Positions 28,683 to 38,452 of a stretch of 64,000 nucleotides of DNA are shown here, piece after piece; the stretch's first letter is position 1, and the number at the start of each line of letters is the position of its first letter. A program made the position numbers and the translations under genes. The stretch lies in contig NTJS01000001.1 of assembly GCA_002457155.1 (NCBI GenBank), positions 69,354 to 133,353 of the forward strand. The letters run 5' to 3'. Origin of the DNA: Marine Group II euryarchaeote MED-G35 (lineage in GTDB: Archaea; Thermoplasmatota; Poseidoniia; Poseidoniales; Thalassarchaeaceae). The notes under the pieces are model-generated. The model did not search any database, had not been told where the DNA came from, and saw only the letters and a list, made by a program, of their open reading frames with translations.

Positions 28683-29183
28683 TCAGTTATCCTGTGAACC
28701 TTCCCAACTACCTATGTCTAACCCTTCCTTAGAGAACAACTTCCGCGAATTTCTGAATTCAGGAAGAAGATAACCAATCACCGATCTCTCCATGAAGGTC
28801 CACTTCCAAGGGCATCTCGGAAGCATCCTAGACCACTCGAGCAAGAATTCTCTCCACTTATCGTTATCAAACAATTCTGGTACCTTGAAGGAAACAAACG
28901 ACATTCTCCCAGAAGAACCCGGCACATAACTCCAGGTCCGAATCGCTAGACCTTCTGCTTCTCCGGACAAAACCTTCAATCCGAGTACCCTAGCTCTTTT
29001 TGCGATTGGTACAATTATTGCCCATCTCTGGACCAATGTTGTCTCCTCAAAGCGCTTCATCTCCCATCCTCGACTTTCGCCGATAATCCGCATGGACCTG
29101 ATTGCCTCAGTGGGCACAATGCTTACTGGAATCTCAAGCATCCGCTCCATTCGTCTCAAACCACCCTCGAGGCCCTCGCCCAT
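28683..29183 (-). CDS. Hypothetical protein
   Basis: 166-aa ORF filling the gap, codirectional with ribosomal cluster. Confidence 0.6.
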   Translation of the reverse strand: MGEGLEGGLRRMERMLEIPVSIVPTEAIRSMRIIGESRGWEMKRFEETTLVQRWAIIVPIAKRARVLGLKVLSGEAEGLAIRTWSYVPGSSGRMSFVSFKVPELFDNDKWREFLLEWSRMLPRCPWKWTFMERSVIGYLLPEFRNSRKLFSKEGLDIGSWEGSQDN

Positions 29184-29216
29184 AGCGGCTTCGCGTCATT
29201 CGTTCCAATCTTTGCT

Positions 29217-29531
29217 TCAGCCGAATAGGGAGCCAAGACCTTCGAAGCCGCCCGCCTCTTCTTCGGGCTCCTCAGCAGCCTCTTCCTGAGCTGGAGCAGC
29301 CTCTGAGGCAGCTCCACCGGAAGAAGCAGAAGGAGCAGCCGAAGCTACTGGGGCGGCGACCGCGGTCGCCATGGCCTCATCGATGTCGACGGAGCCTAGT
29401 GAGGCTACTAGGGCCTTTACTCGGGCCCCATCAGCCTCGACTCCAGCAGCCTTCAGCACTGAGCTGATGGCCTTGTCATCGATGTCCTTTTCTGCAGAAT
29501 GCAACAACATTGCAGCATATACATATTCCAT
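29217..29531 (-). CDS. rpl12p: 50S ribosomal protein P1 (L12p)
   Basis: [21 protein letters not shown], Ala-rich hinge, GLGSLFG end. Confidence 0.97.
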   Translation of the reverse strand: MEYVYAAMLLHSAEKDIDDKAISSVLKAAGVEADGARVKALVASLGSVDIDEAMATAVAAPVASAAPSASSGGAASEAAPAQEEAAEEPEEEAGGFEGLGSLFG

Positions 29532-29548
29532 TTCATTCACCTTTTTTT

Positions 29549-30562
29549 TCATCCGAAGAGATCGCCGAGTCCACCGAACCCTGCATCCTCTTCCTCCTCT
29601 TCCTCCTCGGATTCAGCCTCGCCGGCATCTCCCGATTCTGTCGCCTCGGAGGGGGCGACTTCAGCACTCTGAGATGCTGCTCCTAGAGCAGCTTGCAACT
29701 CTTCATCAAGAGCTGAGGAATCTAATTGTCCAGCTAGGGACAGAGCACGCGCGCGTGCTTGTGATAGTATGGCTGCTGCAGTCGATTCGTTGACGATCCC
29801 AGCCTCCAAGGCAACCGAAAGAGCCTCCGAAGAAGCCTTTGAGATTAGAGTTGGAGTGGTAGTGGAGGAGAACCACCTTACGTTGCAAGCCAGATTGAAA
29901 GCACCTGAAGTTGCACTCACTATGTCGTTCCTCAAACCGTCCGTATCAAGATCAAGATCAGACGACTGGAAAAGATGCCCCTCTTCGATTGCCCCAATCA
30001 GGATTAGGCCAATCTCAATCGGATTGATTCCTAGTTTTGCTAGCATGATCCCCAGATCCGCAGAAATCTCGTCTCCTTCAGAGAAGGTGGTATCCTTCTG
30101 GATAGCGACTTTCCCCTTGTCAATTTTAGCAGGAATTCCTACCGCGTTGAACTCCCCTACGATTGGTCCAGGCCCGAATTCTGTTGGTCCGGCAGGAATT
30201 GTAACTTCGTTCGGGAATTTTTCACCCGCTTTGGCTGCTCGACCTTGACGCGTCTTCTCCAATTCTCCGAAGATCTCGAACGCATTCATGGAGTCACTGT
30301 GAACAATACAAGGTTGATGTGCCCCTTCCAGAAGTGCTTCTATCTCGTCCTCCGGTCTACCAGCCTCGGACCAAGCAATCCTCACCAATGTTTTCTTGGC
30401 CATTCTGATGCTCATTCTCTTCCTCAAGGTGTTCCTCATGTCGATCATGTTGCTGGCAGGAACGCCAGAGACATCGACGACAGCTACTACCCCTTCGCTG
30501 CTGAAAATCTCCGTCAACTCTGACACGCGATCCTTCTTCCATCCTGCTACCTTTGGAATCAC
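29549..30562 (-). CDS. rplP0: 50S ribosomal protein uL10 (P0)
   Basis: [41 protein letters not shown] end. Confidence 0.97.
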   Translation of the reverse strand: MIPKVAGWKKDRVSELTEIFSSEGVVAVVDVSGVPASNMIDMRNTLRKRMSIRMAKKTLVRIAWSEAGRPEDEIEALLEGAHQPCIVHSDSMNAFEIFGELEKTRQGRAAKAGEKFPNEVTIPAGPTEFGPGPIVGEFNAVGIPAKIDKGKVAIQKDTTFSEGDEISADLGIMLAKLGINPIEIGLILIGAIEEGHLFQSSDLDLDTDGLRNDIVSATSGAFNLACNVRWFSSTTTPTLISKASSEALSVALEAGIVNESTAAAILSQARARALSLAGQLDSSALDEELQAALGAASQSAEVAPSEATESGDAGEAESEEEEEEEDAGFGGLGDLFG

Positions 30563-31203
30563 AAGATCACCTCGACTCTAATGGAGGGTCCCATGGATGT
30601 CTTGACAAAGCAAGATCGAATGTTCCCGGACCCCCTCTCAAGCTTCCCGATGACCCTGTCCCAAATGGCTACAGCGTTGGCGGTCAAGTCGTCGATACCT
30701 TGCTCTCTCGAGCCCAATGCTGTGTGGAATGTCACCCTGTCTCTAGAACGGACAATTGCTGTATCCTTGAGTCCCGACGCGAGAGCGGAAGGATCCAGAG
30801 TCGGAGGAACTGGTCGAGGCATCTTCCCTCTTGGCCCCAATACACCACCCAGGAATCTACCTACCGTCCCCATATGTGGGATCTCTGAGAGAAAGAAATC
30901 GTAATTCTTGGCCATCTTCCTAGCTTTTTGGCGATCTCCCCCCAAATCCTCAATCGTAGATGGATCAATTACTTCGAGACCACCTGCCTTAGCCTTGGCA
31001 GCCATCTCACCTCCAGCGAACATGGCTATCTTGACTGGTTTCCCCCTCCCAGAGGGAAGCCTGACCTCTTCCTGAATTCTATTTGTAGGAATCTTCAGGT
31101 CAACATCCTTGATCGTGAAAGAAATCTCGATGGATTCGACGAAGCCCCTCTCCGGAGCCTCCTCTATTGCCTGTTGAATCGCAGTTTGCAGTTTTTCTCT
31201 CAT
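30559..31203 (-). CDS. rpl1: 50S ribosomal protein uL1
   Basis: RGFVESIE, LPSGRGK, LGPRGKMPRPVPP, VKTSMGPS; ATG 31203 with GAGGTG RBS. Confidence 0.97.
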   Translation of the reverse strand: MREKLQTAIQQAIEEAPERGFVESIEISFTIKDVDLKIPTNRIQEEVRLPSGRGKPVKIAMFAGGEMAAKAKAGGLEVIDPSTIEDLGGDRQKARKMAKNYDFFLSEIPHMGTVGRFLGGVLGPRGKMPRPVPPTLDPSALASGLKDTAIVRSRDRVTFHTALGSREQGIDDLTANAVAIWDRVIGKLERGSGNIRSCFVKTSMGPSIRVEVIL

Positions 31204-31215
31204 TTTTCCCACCTC

Positions 31216-31246
31216 TGCGGTTCGCGAGGCTCATGCCTCTCCCGCA
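31216..31246 (-). promoter_or_regulatory. Putative uL1-binding autoregulatory mRNA hairpin
   Basis: Minus strand UGCGG-GA-GAGGC-AUGA-GCCUC-GCGAA-CCGCA: two stems with asymmetric internal loop, abutting the rpl1 RBS. Confidence 0.7.
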
Positions 31247-31259
31247 ATTCGTGGCGAAT

Positions 31260-31538
31260 CTAGCTGAAATGCTCGCTAAACTCCCCCTCGCTCATTGCGT
31301 TCAGAGCCACCTTAGGCTCCATTCCTTCCACTCTAACTCGCATTGAAACGCATGTCCCCATCACTTCTCTGCAGCGTGCGTAAATTGACTTCCCAGTCAG
31401 ACGGTCCTTCTGACCTTCCGCTATCTCCTTGACCTGATCCATCGTCAGGTTCTCCACAGAGGCTTCCCATGAACCGTTACACTTCTTCTTCCCCAGTGAT
31501 TGGATGACTTTGTGGGGGGTTTCATTCCGTGCTGACAT
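31260..31538 (-). CDS. rpl11: 50S ribosomal protein uL11, C-terminal rRNA-binding domain only
   Basis: NLTMDQVKEIA..REVMGTCVSMRVRVEG..P..EGEF matches archaeal uL11 CTD; syntenic between spt5 and rpl1; only 92 aa. Confidence 0.88.
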   Translation of the reverse strand: MSARNETPHKVIQSLGKKKCNGSWEASVENLTMDQVKEIAEGQKDRLTGKSIYARCREVMGTCVSMRVRVEGMEPKVALNAMSEGEFSEHFS

Positions 31539-31600
31539 GAAAATGACCTCTTATCGCGGAACTCGCCGACCTGCTCTCCCTATTTGATAATGATGTAAAC

Positions 31601-31612
31601 CGAAAAAAGACA
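31601..31612 (-). terminator. Oligo-T tract downstream of spt5 (putative archaeal terminator)
   Basis: Minus strand TCTTTTTTCG ~10 nt after spt5 stop. Confidence 0.4.
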
Positions 31613-31621
31613 CTTCTCGGG

Positions 31622-32488
31622 TCACTCCACCCTCTGAGTGACTCTCACTTGGTCGGCTCTAACAGTGAGTGCAACCGGTACGGCGGCTTCGAACAACTCC
31701 ACCGTCACCTCTTCCTTTGTCTCGGCAACTCTGGTTACCCGGGCTGCTTGTCCTCTGAATGCGCCTCCTGAGATCTCGACTATGCAGCCCTCCTCGATTC
31801 CAGAGGTGGCTGCTTTCGGCTCTAGGTATGGCAGCACGTCTTCTAGAGGCGCCTCCCCGTCTAACACCTTGCTGCAGTTCTTTAGGGGGGTCACTCCTAC
31901 CCCAACACGCCCGATCAACTTCTGGACATGATGCATCGCAGTAGCCTCGATGAAGATGAAGCCCTTCATGTAATGTGGGCTGAGTACCCCGAAGATCTTG
32001 TCTCGAATGTCCTTCAGAGAACCGGTTCCAGACAATCTTGCCCTAATTTCACTTGCTACGTTTTGTTCTTGGCCAATCGAAGTCTTGAGTATGTACAGGT
32101 AAGAAGCAACATCCCCATACATCTCCTTTAGTTGAGGTGTGGCGTAGTCTTTGTCCTGAATCTTACCAGGGTCGACCCATTCGCTGTTCTTGTACAACGC
32201 ACTTGGGCTGATTTCCGCCTCCTCGATAACGAAAAGTATCGGAGTCACGTCATTAAGACGATTCCCATAGGCAAGTCCCCTGGCCATCCCAGAGCGAACC
32301 AGACTCATCTTCTCAGAACTAATTCCCGTACACTCCGATACTCTTGATACGACAGAATCGTGATCACCAGGGTCGCCGACTCCATAGATTCCATCCCATG
32401 CCCCCGGGAAGTCAGCAACCTCATCTGATCGCTGCATCAGTAGAACTTTCTCTCCGCTTCTGATATACACCGTATAAGCTTCTGACAT
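31622..32488 (-). CDS. spt5: Transcription elongation factor Spt5 (NusG) with N-terminal degenerate Nudix-like domain
   Basis: NGN: YILKTSIGQE..KGFIFIEA; KOW: GCIVEISGGAFRGQAARVTRV..EEVTVELFEAAVP; N-terminal VLLMQRS..FPGAWDGIYG..ECTGI. Confidence 0.93.
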   Translation of the reverse strand: MSEAYTVYIRSGEKVLLMQRSDEVADFPGAWDGIYGVGDPGDHDSVVSRVSECTGISSEKMSLVRSGMARGLAYGNRLNDVTPILFVIEEAEISPSALYKNSEWVDPGKIQDKDYATPQLKEMYGDVASYLYILKTSIGQEQNVASEIRARLSGTGSLKDIRDKIFGVLSPHYMKGFIFIEATAMHHVQKLIGRVGVGVTPLKNCSKVLDGEAPLEDVLPYLEPKAATSGIEEGCIVEISGGAFRGQAARVTRVAETKEEVTVELFEAAVPVALTVRADQVRVTQRVE

Positions 32489-32498
32489 CATTACCACC

Positions 32499-32762
32499 TC
32501 AGCCTATCAGCCATTTGAAGAATGGGGGGAAAACATTGACCATTAGAGCTAGGATGACGAAGCCAATCGCTCCTAACACAAACATCCCAATCCCACAAAC
32601 TATCACGGTCTGTCTGAACTCTTGCTTCGAGGGCTTCTTTGCCATCTTGAGGATTCTGGCGTATGAACCAGTCTGAAGGCCCTTTACACGACCTTCAATC
32701 TCGTCCTGCCAGGACTGAGCAAGCTCTTCAATAGGACCTACCTTGGAATTCTCAACCGCCAC
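32499..32762 (-). CDS. secE: Protein translocase subunit SecE (Sec61 gamma)
   Basis: YARILKMAKKPSKQEF..GIGMFVLGAIGFVI; GTG 32762 after AGGTGG. Confidence 0.93.
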   Translation of the reverse strand: MAVENSKVGPIEELAQSWQDEIEGRVKGLQTGSYARILKMAKKPSKQEFRQTVIVCGIGMFVLGAIGFVILALMVNVFPPFFKWLIG

Positions 32763-32853
32763 GTTACCACCTAGAAGCATCACGGCGACCTACAGATTCC
32801 ATTTAAGGACAACGGGAAGACAAAGTAATTGCATTCTTCATTTTGTGAAGAAT

Positions 32854-33972
32854 CTAACTCACGAATTCCACTGTCCTGTTTCTAAGATTCCTCATCTGGG
32901 TGTGAAGGGCTGCTCCATGAATCTGCTCGCTCTTCACTCCGGTCAGAACCAGAAGAACCCTGATGTCACTTCCCATCGAATCATCTGTCGTCACTCCCCA
33001 AATCATCCTGGCATACGGGTTGATGCTATCTCGGATTATCTTTGCACATTGCTCTGCCTCTCCCAGAGTCAGACCGGTTCCGCCGACTACGTTTACCAAC
33101 GCACCCCTTGCATCAGAGATGTCGATATCAAGCAGGGGCGATTGCAAAGCCTCCATGGTTGCCTTCTCCGCACCTTCTTCCACAGTAGCTTCACCCAGGC
33201 CAATCATCGCCACTCCACCACCGTTCTCCATTACCGATCGTAGATCCTGGAAGTCAAGGTTGACTACTCCTTCCTTGGCGATCATCTCCGAGACGCCCGA
33301 AATGCTCCGCATTAGCAATTCGTCCGCAACTCTGAATGCTGCATCTAGGGGTAGGTCCCTCACTCCTTCAACTTCTAGCAATCTTTCGTTTGGAAGGACG
33401 ATAACTGTGTCACACACTTCCCTTAGTCTTTCTAGTCCCCATTCGGCATTCTGTCTGCGTACGGCTCCTTCGGAAACGAAAGGATAGCTAACAACTGCAA
33501 TCGTCAGTGCCTCAGCCGCCTTTGCGAGCCTAGCGACGACGTGCGCACTCCCTGTCCCAGTGCCACCTCCAAGACCCGCAGTGATGAATGCCAGATCGCA
33601 TTCCTCAACCTCTGTTTTCAGCACCCTTTCCGACTCGTATGCTGCCTGCTCTCCCTTCTCTGGGTCGCCCCCCGCCCCCCTGCCTCGGGCGGAGCGACCA
33701 ATCAGGACCTTGTTCTCCACATTCACTCTCAACAGATGTTGAGCATCTGTGTTTACTGCCATCCCCTTGACATATTCATCATCGAACAATCCCTCGTGCT
33801 CCAATCGGGCGACTGTGTTGGATCCACATCCTCCACAACCGAAGACTCTAATCTTCGGCTGAAGAGACTTCAGTAGATTTTCTAGATCCGGCACCTCTTC
33901 AATTTCAGGAATCTTCGGAGACTGTGTCTCATCATCCTGAAGTTCTAGAACTCTATCGATCAGGTGCTTCAC
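32854..33972 (-). CDS. ftsZ: Cell division protein FtsZ
   Basis: GCGGCGSN, NTDAQHL, GAGGDPEKG, AGLGGGTGTG, NLDFQD, SPLLDIDI. Confidence 0.97.
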   Translation of the reverse strand: MKHLIDRVLELQDDETQSPKIPEIEEVPDLENLLKSLQPKIRVFGCGGCGSNTVARLEHEGLFDDEYVKGMAVNTDAQHLLRVNVENKVLIGRSARGRGAGGDPEKGEQAAYESERVLKTEVEECDLAFITAGLGGGTGTGSAHVVARLAKAAEALTIAVVSYPFVSEGAVRRQNAEWGLERLREVCDTVIVLPNERLLEVEGVRDLPLDAAFRVADELLMRSISGVSEMIAKEGVVNLDFQDLRSVMENGGGVAMIGLGEATVEEGAEKATMEALQSPLLDIDISDARGALVNVVGGTGLTLGEAEQCAKIIRDSINPYARMIWGVTTDDSMGSDIRVLLVLTGVKSEQIHGAALHTQMRNLRNRTVEFVS

Positions 33973-34060
33973 ATTCCTCAGGCGAGTTGAATAGAGGATA
34001 ACCATTGCCCCAATCTAGACTAGAAAGAAGTAGGTTTTCACCATCAATCTAAGTTTCCAC

Positions 34061-34738
34061 TTATGCGATCAAACCATTCCTTGTTTTGACGAATCTAACT
34101 AGGAATGTGTACACTCCTCCCCATGCAGAAATAGCCAATGCGAACGTCATCCCATTCAACTCACTGTTCCCCAATAATGCCCAATCTGCTAACCAGTGAA
34201 AACTTTCGATAGAAATTCCCGAAACATCCCCGTGCGCCTGCCATGCTGTCACAATTAGAGCAACCAAAGTCAACACCATCCTATCTGCTCTAGAGAATCC
34301 ACCGTAAATCCTGCCCAGTCCGACAGATTGAGCTTGCGTACCCATGTACGAACCGAAGAGAGTTAGCAGACCAGCGATATATCCTGAACTCGGATTGTTC
34401 ACGAAGTCCGCATTCATCCCAATAGCCACCAGGATGCCAACATCTACAATCCTGTCAATAGTGTGGTCAAGAAAGTCCCCATATGGCCCATCGGTTCCTT
34501 GATGTCTAGCAAGAGCCCCGTCCAAACCATCCAGAACTCCTGCAATTAGGACAATTATTACTCCTCCAATGATGCAGAACGCACCCTCCGTGTTTCTCTC
34601 TGCTGTCATAAGCAAGTAGAACGCCAGCAGAGATAGAGCGAGACTTGCCCAAGTAAGGGTGCTGGGATCCACGCCTTCCATTCTTTGAACTAAGGGGGTG
34701 ATTGCCTTAGTCCACCTTTCCCTCATTTTCTCGAACAT
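34061..34738 (-). CDS. CDP-alcohol phosphatidyltransferase
   Basis: LDGLDGALARHQG....GDFLDHTIDRIVD signature. Confidence 0.92.
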   Translation of the reverse strand: MFEKMRERWTKAITPLVQRMEGVDPSTLTWASLALSLLAFYLLMTAERNTEGAFCIIGGVIIVLIAGVLDGLDGALARHQGTDGPYGDFLDHTIDRIVDVGILVAIGMNADFVNNPSSGYIAGLLTLFGSYMGTQAQSVGLGRIYGGFSRADRMVLTLVALIVTAWQAHGDVSGISIESFHWLADWALLGNSELNGMTFALAISAWGGVYTFLVRFVKTRNGLIA

Positions 34739-34739
34739 C

Positions 34740-35282
34740 TCAGACTTCTCCCTTGCCCACCCAGTCAATTGGATTGCGGGGACTTCTTGGCTTGAAGTCA
34801 TCTGATGCCCATTTGAGAATCGCTGCAACTATTGCCTCCGACCTATCGAAAGATGTATCAAATTCGATTGTCGGCTTTCCGCCAATATTCTCCGTCCAGG
34901 GTCCTCCAAGGATCTCCCAATCTACATTTTCATCGATCTTTTGACTCGAGTACGACCTCTCTGAGAGCCTTTCTCGTAACTCTCCCGGACGGCATCTCAG
35001 AATGACCACGCAGTCTACTCCTAGCAGGTGAGAGAGATGACCATCGATGACAGTTGGCCTACTTGGGCCTTCTTCCCATGCAGAATCCAGTTTTCTTTGC
35101 AGCCTCTTTACGTCAACTGGCCTCGCTCCGTCATGTGGGTCGACCTCGTCAATGCATCCAAATTCCTCGGCTAGCCCCTCCACTGTTTCAATACAATACC
35201 CCAATTCTTCAAGCAAGGAGGAAACGGTCGACTTTCCAGTACCTGGGGAACCAGTCATTGCTAATCTGAATGCCCCTCCCAT
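34740..35282 (-). CDS. Adenylate kinase, AK6/Fap7-like
   Basis: TGSPGTGKST, IDGHLSH, VILRC..LRERL..R.Y...KIDEN. Confidence 0.9.
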   Translation of the reverse strand: MGGAFRLAMTGSPGTGKSTVSSLLEELGYCIETVEGLAEEFGCIDEVDPHDGARPVDVKRLQRKLDSAWEEGPSRPTVIDGHLSHLLGVDCVVILRCRPGELRERLSERSYSSQKIDENVDWEILGGPWTENIGGKPTIEFDTSFDRSEAIVAAILKWASDDFKPRSPRNPIDWVGKGEV

Positions 35283-35364
35283 GTCATCTCGTGATGCAAA
35301 GACGACAAGAACGCTCCGTGCCGAGGCGTAACATTGACCTAGAAAACTGGTGTCACGACCGATT

Positions 35365-36489
35365 ATGACGGAGTCGGTAAACTGGATTAGAGCCATGGAT
35401 CCCCGAGACACAAAACTGAACATCTTGCTTATTGCAATACCAGTAACGGCCTACTACAATTATGTAGAACACAATTATTCCTTGGCTTTCTTCTCGTCAT
35501 TGGTGGCCATAATGCCTCTTGCCTTCCTAATGGGTAGAGCCACCGAGGAAATCGCTCTAAGAACTTCAGATTCACTTGGGGGACTTCTGAATGCTACATT
35601 TGGTAATGCCGCCGAACTCATCATCGCCGTTCTACTCATCCTGCAAGCCTCAAAGGTAGTTGATGTAGAGGCACAGTCATTCTATGTTCACTTAGTTCAA
35701 GCAAGCCTAATTGGAAGTATCCTGGGAAATCTATTGTTGGTCATGGGTCTAGCATTTGTTTGGGGTGGTATCCATCATTCAGAGCAGAGATATTCGGAGA
35801 ACCAAGTTAGCTCGAATGGCTCGCTCCTCCTCCTCTCGATGATCGTCCTAGTAATACCCACAGTTTTCCACTCAACTGTCGGAGGGGACGTGGGAGACTC
35901 AAGAGTTCAGGACTTGAGTCATATCGCTGCTGTAATCCTACTGATGATGTACGGCCTGTTTCTATTCTTCCAGTTCCGCACTCATGTGCACCTTTTTGCC
36001 ACCGATGGCTCTCATCACGAGGATCCAGAAATGACTCAGAGAGATGCAGTCATCCTCCTTGTAGTGGCCACGATTCTAGTGTCTTGGATGGCCGAGATTC
36101 TAGTGCACTCAGTGGAGGCAGCAGCCGAAGATCTCGGACTACCACATCTTTTCATCGGCGTAATCCTCCTTCCTCTCTTCGGAAATGCTGCTGAGCACTT
36201 CACTGCAGTCTCAGTAGCTGCCAAGGACAAGATGGACCTTTCCTTCGCAATTTCCATGGGCTCATCCACCCAGATTGCAGTTTTCGTAGCCCCACTAATG
36301 GTTGTATTCGCATGGCTGTTAGACGTCCCATTGACCTTCGAATTTGGAATGCTTGAGACCGTCTCTGCCTTCCTAGCAGTGTTGATCGTCAATTCGATTG
36401 CTGCAGATGGAAAGTCAAACTGGTTGGAGGGGGCCATGCTATTGTCATCGTACGCCGTACTCGGAGCCGCTTTCCTATTCCATCCTTGA
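35365..36489 (+). CDS. cax: Ca2+/H+ exchanger
   Basis: GGLLNATFGNAAEL, GSILGNLLLV, GNAAEH, GSSTQIA, DGKSNWLEG. Confidence 0.93.
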   Translation: MTESVNWIRAMDPRDTKLNILLIAIPVTAYYNYVEHNYSLAFFSSLVAIMPLAFLMGRATEEIALRTSDSLGGLLNATFGNAAELIIAVLLILQASKVVDVEAQSFYVHLVQASLIGSILGNLLLVMGLAFVWGGIHHSEQRYSENQVSSNGSLLLLSMIVLVIPTVFHSTVGGDVGDSRVQDLSHIAAVILLMMYGLFLFFQFRTHVHLFATDGSHHEDPEMTQRDAVILLVVATILVSWMAEILVHSVEAAAEDLGLPHLFIGVILLPLFGNAAEHFTAVSVAAKDKMDLSFAISMGSSTQIAVFVAPLMVVFAWLLDVPLTFEFGMLETVSAFLAVLIVNSIAADGKSNWLEGAMLLSSYAVLGAAFLFHP

Positions 36490-36490
36490 A

Positions 36491-37744
36491 CTACAACCCC
36501 CTGTAGTACTCCTCAACAGATGATTCCAGAGCCAGACAAGCATCTGCTTCATTCAAAGTCAAAGTTACCCCATCCCTGCGAATTGTTTCCCCGTTGACGA
36601 ACACGTCCAGAACCCTTGCTCCAGAGTAGATCAGATTTGGTAACAACCTCCTACCCCCTCTTCCCCATGGCCTCATTCTGATATCCGAAAGATCCCAAGT
36701 AACCCAGTCCTCGGACCCCTTGGTTGCTAGGGACCACGTCTCCTCAGGTCCGAGAATCCTAGCGTCCCAATGATCATGCCTCTGTACCAGACTAGCCGCC
36801 TTGGCCTCCGCCCTCATGTCCAACGAGTTATTGCTAGCAGCACCATCAGTGCCTAGTCTGACATCAACTCCCGCTTCCACCATTGCGGGATATGACATGG
36901 TACCACCGCATGCTAGCTTCTGATTGCTTGTTGGACAGTGTACTGCATGAGAGGCATGGCCAGCAAGTATTCGCATTTCCTTCTTGGTCACCCAACCACA
37001 ATGGGCGCAAACCGTCCCCTCGGTGAAATAGTCAATCGAGTCCAAGTACTCTATCGGGTACATTCCGTGTTTTGCATGGCAGTCAGCAACCTCACCCCTA
37101 GTTTCGGAGGTGTGGATGCTAAGTGTGCAACCACTTTTCTGAGATAACTCGGATGCTTTCAGCAAAGTCTCCTCTGAGCAGGTGTACACTGAATGAGTTC
37201 CTATCCCATATTCTATTTTACCAGGCTCCGGAGAACCTTCCGACAGCAAACTTTCAATCTTCTTCAGAGCCTGTCCGGCCCCTTCCGGATATGATGGGGT
37301 TGGGAAATCTGTAATGGGGCCGCAGACCTTCGCACGAATCCCACTCTCAGCAACTACCCCTGCCACAACCTCAGGATGAAAATACATGTCACACGCAAAT
37401 GTTGTCCCAGTAGCAATCATCTCCGCAATGGCCGCTCTGGTGCCATTTTCCACAAACTCCTCCGACAGCCCCTTCTCAACCGGGAATATGGACGTCTCAA
37501 GCCATTCCATCAAAGGCAACCCTTCCCCCATTGACTTGTTCAGCACCATTGCCATATGCGTATGCCAGTTCTGAAGAGACCTAGTCACAAGGCGCTTCGA
37601 CCCGTCAATGATCTCCACTACATCCTCATCACCTCTGCTGGGTGAGAAAGACCCATCTTGATTCAGCAGGAAGTCTCCCTTGTGGGTCCCACCACTGTCA
37701 TCTAGCAGCCAAGTATCTGTGATTCTCCTAGTTCCGGAGTCCAT
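36491..37744 (-). CDS. Amidohydrolase (MTA/SAH deaminase-like)
   Basis: NWHTH, DMYF, HSVYTC, IHTSE, AHC, HCPTSNQKL, LGTDGAASNN. Confidence 0.88.
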   Translation of the reverse strand: MDSGTRRITDTWLLDDSGGTHKGDFLLNQDGSFSPSRGDEDVVEIIDGSKRLVTRSLQNWHTHMAMVLNKSMGEGLPLMEWLETSIFPVEKGLSEEFVENGTRAAIAEMIATGTTFACDMYFHPEVVAGVVAESGIRAKVCGPITDFPTPSYPEGAGQALKKIESLLSEGSPEPGKIEYGIGTHSVYTCSEETLLKASELSQKSGCTLSIHTSETRGEVADCHAKHGMYPIEYLDSIDYFTEGTVCAHCGWVTKKEMRILAGHASHAVHCPTSNQKLACGGTMSYPAMVEAGVDVRLGTDGAASNNSLDMRAEAKAASLVQRHDHWDARILGPEETWSLATKGSEDWVTWDLSDIRMRPWGRGGRRLLPNLIYSGARVLDVFVNGETIRRDGVTLTLNEADACLALESSVEEYYRGL

Positions 37745-37764
37745 GCTAACTACCCTATTCCAAA

Positions 37765-38364
37765 CTACTCGCATACCGCATTAAGTATGCTAATGGCTTC
37801 TCCATCAGAGTTCTTCATCCACGCTTTAATGACGTCTCCGGGCTTCATTGGGCCAACACCTTTTGGCGTTCCAGTCCAGACAAAGTCCCCTGCCTCTAGA
37901 TCGTACCAGCGATTGAGATGAGACAGTAGAGTTTCTACCGAGTGCACCATTAGATCAGTTGATGCCAATTGCTTAGTTTCCCCATTTACTGAGAGGCCGA
38001 TTTCCACCTCTCCATCATCCCAATCAGTCCATGTCCCTAGAACTCCGGAACCTCTGAAACCCTTGCCCTCTAACCATGGCCAGCCTTCTATCTTAGCCAT
38101 AGTTTGACGAGTTCTGTTTGTTGTATCAATCCCTACGCACATCTGGATTGGAGTAAGATCATCCCCTAGCCTGAATACCATCTCCACCTCATGATCAATA
38201 TGCTCATCCGGCTCAAGGAGCGTCACCACATTGCCCCCATCATCCGTGGCCTCTACCATGGCAGACGGGGGCATTAGGAAGAAGCGAGGGTAGTCTGTTA
38301 CATCTCCAAGAATCTCTTTTGCGTGTCCGGAATAGTTTCTGAAGACCGCCCAGCCGACTCCCAT
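37765..38364 (-). CDS. Fumarylacetoacetate hydrolase family protein
   Basis: RNYSGHAKE, DHEVEM, GIDTT.R..Q, GDFVWTGTPKGVG. Confidence 0.92.
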   Translation of the reverse strand: MGVGWAVFRNYSGHAKEILGDVTDYPRFFLMPPSAMVEATDDGGNVVTLLEPDEHIDHEVEMVFRLGDDLTPIQMCVGIDTTNRTRQTMAKIEGWPWLEGKGFRGSGVLGTWTDWDDGEVEIGLSVNGETKQLASTDLMVHSVETLLSHLNRWYDLEAGDFVWTGTPKGVGPMKPGDVIKAWMKNSDGEAISILNAVCE

Positions 38365-38452
38365 ACCACCCCCAGCAAGACACCAATGATTAGAACACCG
38401 GTTAGTTCACTTTCTCATCAGGTTGAAGGACAATGCCTTCTGGAGTACTATT

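Noticed and set aside
31539-31621. Frameshifted remnant of the uL11 N-terminal domain (pseudogene)
   Set aside because: Spacer too short (83 nt), with no L11_N-like residues; it carries terminator/promoter/RBS-like signals
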